Source: an uncultured Collinsella sp.
GTDB taxonomy: Bacteria; Actinomycetota; Coriobacteriia; Coriobacteriales; Coriobacteriaceae
Direction: 5' to 3'
Assembly: GCA_958413895.1 (NCBI GenBank)
Contig: CATYVQ010000009.1
Coordinates: forward strand, 7,804-71,803
DNA length: 64,000 nt
The position numbers and the translations under genes were made by a program. The notes under the pieces were generated by a model, which saw only the letters and a list, made by a program, of their open reading frames with translations, ran no database searches and was not told the DNA's origin. Shown here piece after piece: positions 31,545-40,719 of this stretch (position 1 is the first letter of the stretch; every line of letters begins with the position of its first letter).

Positions 31545-32915
31545 ATGGCGTCTGCCGATCGTTCCACGTTGTTTATCAATGCGACCGTCCTGGATGGTTC
31601 GGAACATATGGAGCCGCAGCCCGACATGGCCGTGGCCGTTGAGCGCGGTCTCATCACGTGGATGGGGCCGAGTGCTGTGGCGCAGGCGCCTGCAGGTGCC
31701 GAGGTCATCGACCTGGCAGGGGCGTATCTCATGCCAGGTCTCATCAATATGCATGTGCATCTGTGTGGTTCGGGCAAGCCGGTTTCGGCGGGAGATGCCG
31801 GCGCGCTGATGAAGAAGCTCGATAATCCGGTGGGCCGCGCCATCGTTCGCCACATCCTCAAGGGCAGCGCCCAACAGCAGCTGGCAAGCGGCGTGACCAC
31901 GGTGCGCGGTGCGGGCGATCCGCTGTTTGCCGATATCGCCGTGCGCAACGCCATCGACGCCGGCAAGTATCAGGGTCCGCGCCTGGTAGCGCCGGGAACG
32001 GGCGTCACGGTGCCGGGTGGTCACGGTGCTGGGTTGTTCGCCCAGGTGGCTAACAGCCCCGCCGAGGCAGCCGAACAGGTGCGCGACCTGTATGCGCGCG
32101 GTGCCGACGTCATTAAGCTGTTCGTAACGGGCGGTGTGTTCGATGCGACCGAGGTGGGCGAGCCGGGCGTGCTGCGTATGCCGGTGGAGGTTGCCGCGGC
32201 GGCGTGCAAGGCTGCGCACGAGGTGGGCCTGCCGGTTATGGCCCATGTCGAGAGCACCGAAGGCGTGAAGGCCGCGCTTGAGGCCGGCGTTGACACGATC
32301 GAGCACGGTGCCCCGATGACTCCTGAGATCTTGGAACTGTACCGCGGCGCCGCGGGCACGCAGCTTGAGGATCGCGCGCCCAGCGTTACCTGCACTATCA
32401 GCCCGGCGCTGCCGTTTGTATTGCTCGACCCGAAAAAGACCCATTCGACCGATACGCAAAAGAAGAACGGCGACATCGTGTGCTCGGGCATTATCGAGAG
32501 CGCCCGTGCCGCACTGGAAGCTGGCGTTAAGGTGGGCCTGGGCACGGACTCGAGCTGCCCGTTCGTGACGCAGTACGACATGTGGCGTGAGGTGGCCTAT
32601 TTTGCCAAGCATGTCGGCGTGAGCAACGCCTTCGCACTGCATACGGCTACGCAAGTCAACGCCGAGCTGCTGGGGCTGGACGGCGAGACTGGCACAATCG
32701 AGTGCGGCAAGGCCGCCGATATCTTGGTGACGCGCAAGAACCCGCTCGATGACCTGTGCGCACTGCGTGAGCCGACGCACGTGATGTGCCGTGGCGATTT
32801 GGTGCGCAAGCTCAAGGTGAAGCGTATTCCCGAGGTGGACGCCGAGCTCGACGCGATTATGGCCATGCCAGCCGAAGCGCTTGCCGAGGAGCTGGCCCGC
32901 GACGGCGTGGCGTAG
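31545..32915 (+). CDS. Metal-dependent amidohydrolase (prolidase/imidazolonepropionase-like)
   Basis: PGLINMHVH, GVTTVR, DTIEHG, GTDS, GKAADI; GGAGGAG RBS. Confidence 0.88.
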   Translation: MASADRSTLFINATVLDGSEHMEPQPDMAVAVERGLITWMGPSAVAQAPAGAEVIDLAGAYLMPGLINMHVHLCGSGKPVSAGDAGALMKKLDNPVGRAIVRHILKGSAQQQLASGVTTVRGAGDPLFADIAVRNAIDAGKYQGPRLVAPGTGVTVPGGHGAGLFAQVANSPAEAAEQVRDLYARGADVIKLFVTGGVFDATEVGEPGVLRMPVEVAAAACKAAHEVGLPVMAHVESTEGVKAALEAGVDTIEHGAPMTPEILELYRGAAGTQLEDRAPSVTCTISPALPFVLLDPKKTHSTDTQKKNGDIVCSGIIESARAALEAGVKVGLGTDSSCPFVTQYDMWREVAYFAKHVGVSNAFALHTATQVNAELLGLDGETGTIECGKAADILVTRKNPLDDLCALREPTHVMCRGDLVRKLKVKRIPEVDAELDAIMAMPAEALAEELARDGVA

Positions 32916-32948
32916 GCGTGACGAAGGGACGGTCCCCTTGTCACATTC

Positions 32949-32986
32949 AAAAAAGCCGAGGTCCCAGTGCGAGGCCTCGGCTTTTT
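32949..32986. terminator. Bidirectional terminator
   Basis: A6-gccgagg...cctcggc-T5 between convergent genes. Confidence 0.8.
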
Positions 32987-33005
32987 CTGTCCCATGGTAT
33001 GACGG

Positions 33006-33479
33006 CTAGGAGCGCGTCTCCATCTTGGCGTGGCACTTGGGGCAGGTGACGCGAATCTTGCCCTTGCCCTTGGGAACGGAGAGCATCTGGCCGCAGTTGG
33101 GGCACTTGAGATAGGCTGTGGTCTTGCGGCCCTTCCACATCTTCTTGGCTGTGCGCTTGGCACGTTCAAAGTCTTCCTTGCTAGTACCGGCTGCGCGCGA
33201 GGCGTTGGCCGCTGCAGCTCCGCCGCCCAAGCTAGCTACAAACTTGCCCAAGCCGGGTACGTTTGCAGTCGCGGCGACAAAGGCCTCGTTCTCCTTGCGA
33301 CGTGCGTCGATATTTTTGGACAGGCCGCGCAGCACGCCAATCACGATTACGGCGATGGCAATCCAGCTGAGCCACTGGATGCGGGCTATCGATCCGATCA
33401 TCGCGATGACGATGCCGGCAAAACCCATCACGATGGTGAGCTCGTCGGCGCCATTGCGACCCTTCATAAAGTCATTCAT
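33006..33479 (-). CDS. Small membrane protein with a C-terminal zinc ribbon
   Basis: GRNGADEL, two TM helices, CPNC...VPKGKGKIRVTCPKC; GAAAGG RBS. Confidence 0.8.
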   Translation of the reverse strand: MNDFMKGRNGADELTIVMGFAGIVIAMIGSIARIQWLSWIAIAVIVIGVLRGLSKNIDARRKENEAFVAATANVPGLGKFVASLGGGAAAANASRAAGTSKEDFERAKRTAKKMWKGRKTTAYLKCPNCGQMLSVPKGKGKIRVTCPKCHAKMETRS

Positions 33480-33534
33480 GCAAATTGCCTTTCGTTCGAT
33501 ATGCTGCACGCCTTTATACCCGATTTAGAGCAAG

Positions 33535-33623
33535 GGGGACAGGTTAATCTGCACCAATGTGGTGCAAACATACCTGTCCCCGGAACACCAAGACGGTGCA
33601 AAGAAGTCTGTCCCTAATGCCCC
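33535..33623. repeat. Cluster of GGGACAGG-core REP-like units
   Basis: ggggacaggt...tgcacc / ggtgca...acctgtcccc, plus a further ggtgca...ctgtccc unit. Confidence 0.65.
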
Positions 33624-33625
33624 AG

Positions 33626-33898
33626 TTACTTGGAGAGCTTGTCGACGACGCGTTCGATCTCGGCGAGCTTGGCAGCTTTGAGGTCTTCGTCGCCCGATTC
33701 GATTGCCGAAGTCACGCAGCCCTCGATATGCGCTTTGAGCACGTCGGCATTAATGCGCGCGAGGAGCGCCTGTGTGGCCATGAGCTGCGTGGAAATATCG
33801 ACGCAGTAGCGGTCCTCCTCGACCATCCGCAGGATGCCGTCGATCTGACCACGTGCCGTCTTGAGCATGCGGGTTACCGATTTATGGTCTGCCATCAT
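33626..33898 (-). CDS. csoR: CsoR family copper-sensing repressor
   Basis: LKTARGQIDGILRMVEEDRYCVDI...HIEGC; downstream of copA and copZ. Confidence 0.9.
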   Translation of the reverse strand: MMADHKSVTRMLKTARGQIDGILRMVEEDRYCVDISTQLMATQALLARINADVLKAHIEGCVTSAIESGDEDLKAAKLAEIERVVDKLSK

Positions 33899-33940
33899 GG
33901 CGGGTCCTCGTTTCTGGTCGATCTTTCGGATGTCCCCGTC

Positions 33941-34007
33941 AGTTGCGGTGAAATACGGACCGTTCAAAGGCCTAGGGCGGCACAACAGTCCGTATTTCAC
34001 CGCAACT
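33941..34007. repeat. Family B inverted repeat, copy 3 (23-nt spacer)
   Basis: agttgcggtgaaatacggaccg ... cagtccgtatttcaccgcaact. Confidence 0.9.
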
Positions 34008-34033
34008 TCTGAGGATTGAGTAGGCAGCGTCTG

Positions 34034-34255
34034 CTACGCGGCGGTCACCGAAAGGGCGTGGAACTTCTCGCCGGCGCCCTCGACGGCGGCAGTGAGCTGT
34101 TCAGCGGTCACGGTGTCGGCGCACTCCACCTGTACGGTCTGAGTCTCGTGATCGGCATCGGCGTCGGTCACGCCGACCACGTTGAGCAGCGCGGTCTCGA
34201 CGGTGGCATCGCAATGGCCGCACATGAGGCCGGAAGTCTTGATTGTGTAACGCAT
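34034..34255 (-). CDS. copZ: Copper chaperone (HMA domain)
   Basis: GLMCGHC motif, 73 aa, GAGG RBS. Confidence 0.88.
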   Translation of the reverse strand: MRYTIKTSGLMCGHCDATVETALLNVVGVTDADADHETQTVQVECADTVTAEQLTAAVEGAGEKFHALSVTAA

Positions 34256-34402
34256 GGATATTCCTCTCTGTTGTGTCGGCTTTCCCAGGCACCCGACCTT
34301 GACCTTCAAGCCGTCGCTCGCGTACCAAAGTACGCGTCGCCCCTCTTTCAGGTCAATCTCGGGCACCTGGAAAACCCGTTCTAAATGGACTTAATGGTGA
34401 GC

Positions 34403-36742
34403 TTATTTTGCCACTTTGGGTTTAAAGGATTTCAGGCGCAGGGCATTGGACACGACACATACGCTCGACAGGCTCATCGCCGCGGCGCCAAACATGGGCG
34501 AGAGCTGCCAACCGGTGAGGGGGAAGAACACGCCCGCCGCCAGCGGAATGCCGATGCCGTTGTAGAACAGCGCCCAGAACAGGTCCTGCTTGATGTTGCG
34601 AATTGTGGCGCGCGACAGCTCGATGGCACGGGCGACGTCCATGAGGTCGCTGCGCATGAGAACCACATCTGCCCCTTCTTTGGCGATGTCGGCGCCGGTA
34701 CCGATGGCAAGGCCCACGTCGGCGCGCGCCAGGGCGGGGGAGTCGTTGATGCCGTCGCCCACCATGGCGACCTTGCTGCCCGCATCCTGCAGCTCGCGCA
34801 CGTGGCGTTCCTTGTCGGCGGGGAGGACGTCGGCGATGACCTGCTCGCTGCTCAGTCCCACGCGGCGGGCGATCGCTTCGGCTGTCGCGCGGTTGTCGCC
34901 GGTGAGCATGCGCACGTCGACGCCAAGCGAGCGCAGTGCGGCGATGGCCCCGGCGCTCGTCTCCTTGACCTCGTCCGCCACGGCGATGGTGCCGACAAGC
35001 TCGCTGTTCTTGGCAAAGAACAGCGGCGTCTTGCCCTCGGCCGCGAACTGTTCGGCAAGGCCGGCGGGAACCTTCACGCCCAGCTCGTCCATCAGACGCA
35101 CGTTGCCGGCGGCGATGACATTCTGCCCCTCGCGTGCCGTAACGCCTCGCCCGGGCACGGCGGCAAAGTCCTCGACCATGCGTGCGACGATTCCGCGCGC
35201 CTCGCACTCGGCCATAATCGCCTCGGCCAGCGGGTGCTCGCTTGAGCGCTCCAGCGCAGCGGCCAGCTTGAGCAGCGCCTTTTCGCTCATGGCGGGCGAT
35301 CCGTCGGCACGCGTGGCTACCACGATATCGGTCACGGCAGGCTTGCCGCGAGTGACCGTTCCCGTCTTATCGAGCACCACGGTGCCCACGCTGCGCAGAT
35401 TCTCCAGCGCCTCGGCGCTCTTGAACAGAATGCCCATCTCGGCGCCCTTGCCGGTGCCGACCATAATGGCGACGGGCGTGGCCAGACCCAATGCGCACGG
35501 ACAGCTGATCATCAGTACGGCCACGGCGGAGGTGAGCGCCTCGTTTATGCTGCCGGTCAGTGCCATCCACGCCGCAAAGGTCACAGCCGAGATCACGAAC
35601 ACCACGGGCACGAACACGCCGGCGACTTTGTCGGCCATGCGGGCGATAGGCGCCTTGGTGGCGTTGGCGTCCTCGACGAGCTGGATAATCTTGGCGAGCG
35701 ACGTGTCGGCGCCCACGCGTGTGGCACGGAAGGTAAACGAGCCGGTGCGGTTGACAGTGGCGGCGTTGACGGTGTCGCCGGCGGTCTTTTCCACGGGGAT
35801 GGACTCGCCGGTGAGCGCGCTCTCGTCCACGGCCGAGCTGCCCTCGAGCACCACGCCATCGACAGGGATGGACTCGCCGGGGCGCACACGCAGCACCTGG
35901 CCGGGCAGAATGGTATCGACGTCGACGGTGGCCTCGCTGCCGTCCTCTGCCACGACGGTCGCGGTCTTGGGTGCTAAGTCGATGAGCGCCTCGATAGCGC
36001 CGCCGGTCTTGGACTTGCTGCGCGTCTCGAGGTATTTGCCCACGGTGACGAGCGACAGGATGGTGCCGGCGCTCTCAAAATACAGGTTGTCCATGCTCGT
36101 CATCATGGCCTCGTGCACCTGACCTGCGGCCAGCTGGTCGGCCATGATGAACATAGCGTAGAGCGACCAGGCGATCGACGCGGTGGCACCGACGGCGATG
36201 AGAGCGTCCATGGTGGGTGCGCCGTGCACGAGCGACTTGAAGCCGTTGATAAAGTACGCGTCGTTGACGTAGACGATGGGGATGAGCAAGACGAGCTCGG
36301 TGAGCGCCAACGTCATGCTGTGGGTGTGGTCGGTGAAGACGCTGGGCAGCGGCCAGCCGAGCATGTGCCCCATGCCTATGTAGAACAGCGGAATGAGAAA
36401 GATGATTGAGATGATGAGACGGGTGCGCATGGCGGAGGCGGTGGCCTCCAACTTTTTGGTAGGCGACTCCATATGAGCGGCGCCTGACCTGGCTTGCGCG
36501 CTGCCGTTTGGGGCGGCTTCGGTGCCCGTACTGACGGGCGAGGCCGAGTAGCCCGCGCGGTCAACGGCGGTGCAGATATCGTCGGGGGAGACCTGCGCGG
36601 GGTCATAGTCGACCATCATGGAACCGGCGAGCAGGTTGACCGCGACGCTTTGGACGCCGTCAAGCTTGCTGACGGCGCGGTCCACGTGCGCCTGGCAAGC
36701 GGCGCACGTCATGCCGCCCACGTCAAACTTATCTTGAGCCAT
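34403..36742 (-). CDS. copA: Cu(I)-translocating P1B-type ATPase
   Basis: [39 protein letters not shown]. Confidence 0.95.
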   Translation of the reverse strand: MAQDKFDVGGMTCAACQAHVDRAVSKLDGVQSVAVNLLAGSMMVDYDPAQVSPDDICTAVDRAGYSASPVSTGTEAAPNGSAQARSGAAHMESPTKKLEATASAMRTRLIISIIFLIPLFYIGMGHMLGWPLPSVFTDHTHSMTLALTELVLLIPIVYVNDAYFINGFKSLVHGAPTMDALIAVGATASIAWSLYAMFIMADQLAAGQVHEAMMTSMDNLYFESAGTILSLVTVGKYLETRSKSKTGGAIEALIDLAPKTATVVAEDGSEATVDVDTILPGQVLRVRPGESIPVDGVVLEGSSAVDESALTGESIPVEKTAGDTVNAATVNRTGSFTFRATRVGADTSLAKIIQLVEDANATKAPIARMADKVAGVFVPVVFVISAVTFAAWMALTGSINEALTSAVAVLMISCPCALGLATPVAIMVGTGKGAEMGILFKSAEALENLRSVGTVVLDKTGTVTRGKPAVTDIVVATRADGSPAMSEKALLKLAAALERSSEHPLAEAIMAECEARGIVARMVEDFAAVPGRGVTAREGQNVIAAGNVRLMDELGVKVPAGLAEQFAAEGKTPLFFAKNSELVGTIAVADEVKETSAGAIAALRSLGVDVRMLTGDNRATAEAIARRVGLSSEQVIADVLPADKERHVRELQDAGSKVAMVGDGINDSPALARADVGLAIGTGADIAKEGADVVLMRSDLMDVARAIELSRATIRNIKQDLFWALFYNGIGIPLAAGVFFPLTGWQLSPMFGAAAMSLSSVCVVSNALRLKSFKPKVAK

Positions 36743-36800
36743 GGCTTCTCCTTTCTATGGTGTAGTGTTGGAAATGTTAACCTACCGATACTATACACCC

Positions 36801-36817
36801 ATACCCCCTGGGGGTGT
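36801..36817. promoter_or_regulatory. CsoR operator upstream of copA
   Basis: ATACCCCCTGGGGGTGT, the G/C-tract pseudo-palindrome typical of CsoR sites. Confidence 0.7.
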
Positions 36818-36892
36818 CCAGTACAGAAATAATATATGAGATTTCGTTACAGATGAGGATGGATGGTTGGCCGATGGACCGTCCCAACCAAT

Positions 36893-36951
36893 CATCTCAA
36901 TCTGTAATATCTAGCAGGGAAAATGACCTCTAACTGTTACAGATCAAGACA
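36893..36951. repeat. Family A inverted repeat, solo unit
   Basis: catctcaatctgtaat-N27-gttacagatcaagaca; degenerate extra arm at 36846-36861. Confidence 0.88.
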
Positions 36952-36992
36952 ATTGCCGGGGTGGGGTCTCGTCACGGCAAGACGCCCGCTCT

Positions 36993-39077
36993 CTAGATAC
37001 AGAATCCGGGGATCACACAGGTTCGTTTGTTTGGCTTGTCCGTAGGCGTTGCGTACGTAAAGGCGTCGCCGTCGTGGCCCACACGGTTTATGTAGAGCGT
37101 GCCTTCGGTCTCCGATGAGTCGGGGCTCACCGTGCGCTCCCACCAGCAGGTGTCCTTGCCCTTCCACTGGCGGACCATCGTCTCGTTCGTGGAATACGGG
37201 CTCACCTTGAGCTCGCGGAAGAGCTGATACTCCTTGCCCTCGCCGTTGTAGATGTCTGCCAGGTAGTGATAGCCCTCGGCAAACGAATCGGGCGGTTGTG
37301 TACCGCACAACTCGACCATGGCGGGCAGCCAAAGGGTTGCGGGCAACTCGCTCAGACACGATGCACTGTTGGCGGCGCCAACGTTATTCGAGATCTTTTT
37401 GACAGATTTGATGAGTGCGCGCAACTCGTTGGGCAGCAGCTTAAGGCCGTCACCGTCGAGCCATTCCCGCAGCTCGCAATCTGCCCAGCCGGCGCTCGGC
37501 GGTTCAACCGCAGCGTTGCGCTCGGCAATACCCGCATCGAACATAAACGTCAGTCCGGCCTTGCCCGTCCCGTCCAGAAGCTCATCGTGGCGGATGCCCA
37601 CAAGCTGCGCGCCAACCTGCAGCCCGTTGGTGAGTTTCACGCGCTTGGTACACGGATAGGGGATATGCCCATCAGCGTCGAGCAGGTGGTAGCGCTTGGC
37701 AATCTCGCGTGCCTCGCTACGGGTCTCGGCGGCCTTAATCTTGAGCGAAATCTCCTGCAGCTGATCCCAAGTGTAGTCGTCAAGCGAACCGCGGATGCCG
37801 TCCAGGTAGTCGGGGATGCCAAAGCCATGGGTCGCCGCGCCAACGACGCTGAGCCCCGCAACGACTGCAACGACGCCACCGATAATAAACCGGCGGCGGG
37901 TCATGGCATCGTGCCGGGCCTGCTCCAGGATCTCTCGCGCGCGCTCGCCGGCGACGTCGATCTTAAGGTGCGTACCGGAGTCGATGTCGATTGCGGCGTC
38001 ACTGCCCGCGCCCTCGCGGCCCTCGGATTCGGCGTCGGTGAGGTATGTCGAGAGCACCTCGAGCATCTGCTGCTCGGTGGGACGATCGCACTGCTCGACC
38101 GAGAGACCCTTCATGATGATTTGGACGAGCGCTTCATCGCCCTCGCAGCGCGGCTCGAGCGGCGCCGGCTTGGTCTTGGTCTTTACGAGATAGAACGAGC
38201 CGGTTGCAGCGGCGTCCGTCGACTCAAAGTCAAACGGTTTGCGACCGCTGTAGAGCTGGTACAGAATGCTCGAAAGCGCGTAGACATCGATTGCCGGCGA
38301 ACGGCGAAGGGCCGCGATGCCTTCGATATCCTGCGTGAGCATCTCGGGCGCGGCGTATGCGGGCGTGGCAAAGCGCCAGATGTCGGCGCGCCGGGTGATC
38401 GTGTCGTCGCCGAGGGCCATGGTCGCGGAGCCCATGTCGATGAGGCAGGGGTCAAAGGAGCAATCGGCAATCTGCTGCTCGAGCGTTCGGCTGGTGGTGC
38501 GGAACATGATATTGGCAGGCGACAGGTCGCGATGGATGACCGGATTCACGAGGCCTTGGGTCATCAAGAGCGCACGAAGCACGGCGTTTCCGACGGCGGC
38601 GACCATCTGGGTGGTCAGCCCGCCCGAGGCGTCGTGCGGAAGCAGGGGCAGCGCCTGCTTGAGCGAGGTGCCCTCGACCCACTCCATGAGGATGAGCGGG
38701 TCATTCTCACACGAGCCGTAGCCATAGACGCGCGGAAATCCGCGCAGGTGCGAGACGGTACACAGATGACGGTACTCCTCGAACAGCGCAGCGGTGTTGG
38801 CCAGGTGCGCGGCCGATTGCTCGGCGGAGCGGTCGGGGGCTTGGCCGGAAAGGATAGCGTTGTCCTTGAGTAGCTTGACGGCAAAGACCTCGCCGCTCGT
38901 GTTGGTCGCGCGCAGCACGTGCCCGATGTTGCCGTTGTTGCGGTGGGCCGTCTGGAGAATAAGCGTCATAAACCGACGTTTGGCGTCGTCCTCGGCGCTG
39001 GGGTCGACCGCCACGGCGGTATCGAACGTATCGAGACGGATGAGTTTGTCGCCATAGGCGCTATCGGTAGTATCCAT
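36993..39077 (-). CDS. Hanks-type Ser/Thr kinase with a TM helix and a DUF6273-like extracellular domain
   Basis: AVK, HRDLSPAN, DMG, YAAPE, DVYAL; TM after RRRF; GWADCELREWL..LWLP..WWERT. Confidence 0.85.
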   Translation of the reverse strand: MDTTDSAYGDKLIRLDTFDTAVAVDPSAEDDAKRRFMTLILQTAHRNNGNIGHVLRATNTSGEVFAVKLLKDNAILSGQAPDRSAEQSAAHLANTAALFEEYRHLCTVSHLRGFPRVYGYGSCENDPLILMEWVEGTSLKQALPLLPHDASGGLTTQMVAAVGNAVLRALLMTQGLVNPVIHRDLSPANIMFRTTSRTLEQQIADCSFDPCLIDMGSATMALGDDTITRRADIWRFATPAYAAPEMLTQDIEGIAALRRSPAIDVYALSSILYQLYSGRKPFDFESTDAAATGSFYLVKTKTKPAPLEPRCEGDEALVQIIMKGLSVEQCDRPTEQQMLEVLSTYLTDAESEGREGAGSDAAIDIDSGTHLKIDVAGERAREILEQARHDAMTRRRFIIGGVVAVVAGLSVVGAATHGFGIPDYLDGIRGSLDDYTWDQLQEISLKIKAAETRSEAREIAKRYHLLDADGHIPYPCTKRVKLTNGLQVGAQLVGIRHDELLDGTGKAGLTFMFDAGIAERNAAVEPPSAGWADCELREWLDGDGLKLLPNELRALIKSVKKISNNVGAANSASCLSELPATLWLPAMVELCGTQPPDSFAEGYHYLADIYNGEGKEYQLFRELKVSPYSTNETMVRQWKGKDTCWWERTVSPDSSETEGTLYINRVGHDGDAFTYATPTDKPNKRTCVIPGFCI

Positions 39078-39248
39078 GGCGTTCCTTTGTCTGGCATGGG
39101 TTGCCGCAAGTATACGTGAGCAGTGCGGATATCGGTAAAGTATCATGATAGCCGCACTGCCCACGTATACCGCTGAGCATTGTCGTTTACGACGCAGAAG
39201 GTAGAAGACGAAAGACGGACGGCGACCGTCTTTCGATCGCCGTCCGTG

Positions 39249-40241
39249 CTAGTCCACAATGACAAGGAATGTCGTGTAGAGACCCAGATGGAGCCTGTCG
39301 CTGTTTTCGATTTCCACTGGGGGATAGATCTTGCCGGGCTCGCGTTGGTCGCGTGGCGGCTCAATCACAATATCGCCGTCGCCTGCACCCGATTCGAGTA
39401 CCGTGCCGTTGGTCGATCCAAGGCCCTGGGCGTACCAGTGCTCACCCTCAAGCCAAATGCGAAGATGCTCGCGCGATGCGTCGGCGCCCACATCGGTGAT
39501 GCTGGGCGAGGTTTTGGGCAAAGAACCAATCACGGTGCCGCGCGGATCGCGTGTGAGGGGATGGATTTGCATGTCGGCGCAGTTGTCGGCATGGGTTCTG
39601 AGCAGACCGAGGTTGGGGGCGACGGTGCGCGGCTGCTCCAGGCTGCTCATAAAGCCACGTCCGACGGTAGTTTCGGTGGTGCCAAAGTGCTCGCCCGTCT
39701 TGCTGTCGCAAAAGCGCTCGACGGTGGCCACGCCCTGAACGGGATCGGCGAGCGCCCCCGTTGCCACAAAGAGCATAAGGTAAAGCGTGCTTTTCTCGCG
39801 CACGGCATTGCCGTCAAAGTTGTCGATGCGATTGAGGGCATTTGCATATAGGCGGCTGTCCAGCTTGTAGCTGGTGAGAGCCGACATCATTTCGTTGGCG
39901 GCCGGACCGCGATAGTGCTCGGCGATTGCCCGATAGGCGGACTCGCCGCCGCCGAGCTTGCTGCAGATTGCCGAGGAAAGGTTGAGCGTGGTGACAGTAA
40001 AGTCGCTGTAGATGGAGGGCGCGCACTGGTCAGGCTTGCGATGGACGATGTAACGGGTGAGATACGAGCGGTTGGAAGAGCACTTCTCGAGCAGGGTACT
40101 GCCGAGATAAGAGTTTCCGTTGATAAGCATTCGGGCGATCTCGAGATGTTTAAGACCGCCGAACGAGCGAATATCGTTATAGAGGACCGAGCAAGGCGTC
40201 TCTGCTGCCACGGATACCTCCTTTGGTTGCTTCCTAGCCAA
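39249..40241 (-). CDS. Protein with a C-terminal FHA domain
   Basis: VIG, ASREHL, GLGSTNGT, DRLHLG; directly upstream of the kinase gene. Confidence 0.75.
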   Translation of the reverse strand: MARKQPKEVSVAAETPCSVLYNDIRSFGGLKHLEIARMLINGNSYLGSTLLEKCSSNRSYLTRYIVHRKPDQCAPSIYSDFTVTTLNLSSAICSKLGGGESAYRAIAEHYRGPAANEMMSALTSYKLDSRLYANALNRIDNFDGNAVREKSTLYLMLFVATGALADPVQGVATVERFCDSKTGEHFGTTETTVGRGFMSSLEQPRTVAPNLGLLRTHADNCADMQIHPLTRDPRGTVIGSLPKTSPSITDVGADASREHLRIWLEGEHWYAQGLGSTNGTVLESGAGDGDIVIEPPRDQREPGKIYPPVEIENSDRLHLGLYTTFLVIVD

Positions 40242-40389
40242 TATGGCGATAGGAATTAATGGCCCCCGGTGGGCGACGTATTAAATGGCTGCGCAATATA
40301 TAGCGTAACCAAAGCAACATTATAGGCCACATGTTCGAAATTGCAGGAAGACCGAGAGATTTTGGTTGGACTGAACGGAAATCCCCCTC

Positions 40390-40449
40390 TGTCTTGATCT
40401 ATAACAATTAGGACCCGGTTTTGTCCCGCAGCTGTTACAGATTGAGACA
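40390..40449. repeat. Family A inverted repeat, solo unit (28-nt spacer)
   Basis: tgtcttgatctataac-N28-gttacagattgagaca. Confidence 0.88.
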
Positions 40450-40719
40450 ATCGGCCAGGCCCACCTCGTCCGCCTCGTCATCTGTGGTTTACGTGGGGGC
40501 ATGCGAAGCACGGGTATACTAACCGGCGGCGAATCTGCTCCATCGCTTAGAGCTGCTGCGTCTGGACGGCGCGTGATAGGGCTGCCAAAGCGATCGCCAG
40601 CGTGCTGAGCAACGTCCTCTCTGTGCGCACCTGTTTTTGTATGTATTAGCGCACTACCAAGCACGCCCGCGCGGCCGCATGCCGTGCCCATTGCGCGTGC
40701 AGATAAGGAACAACAACAT

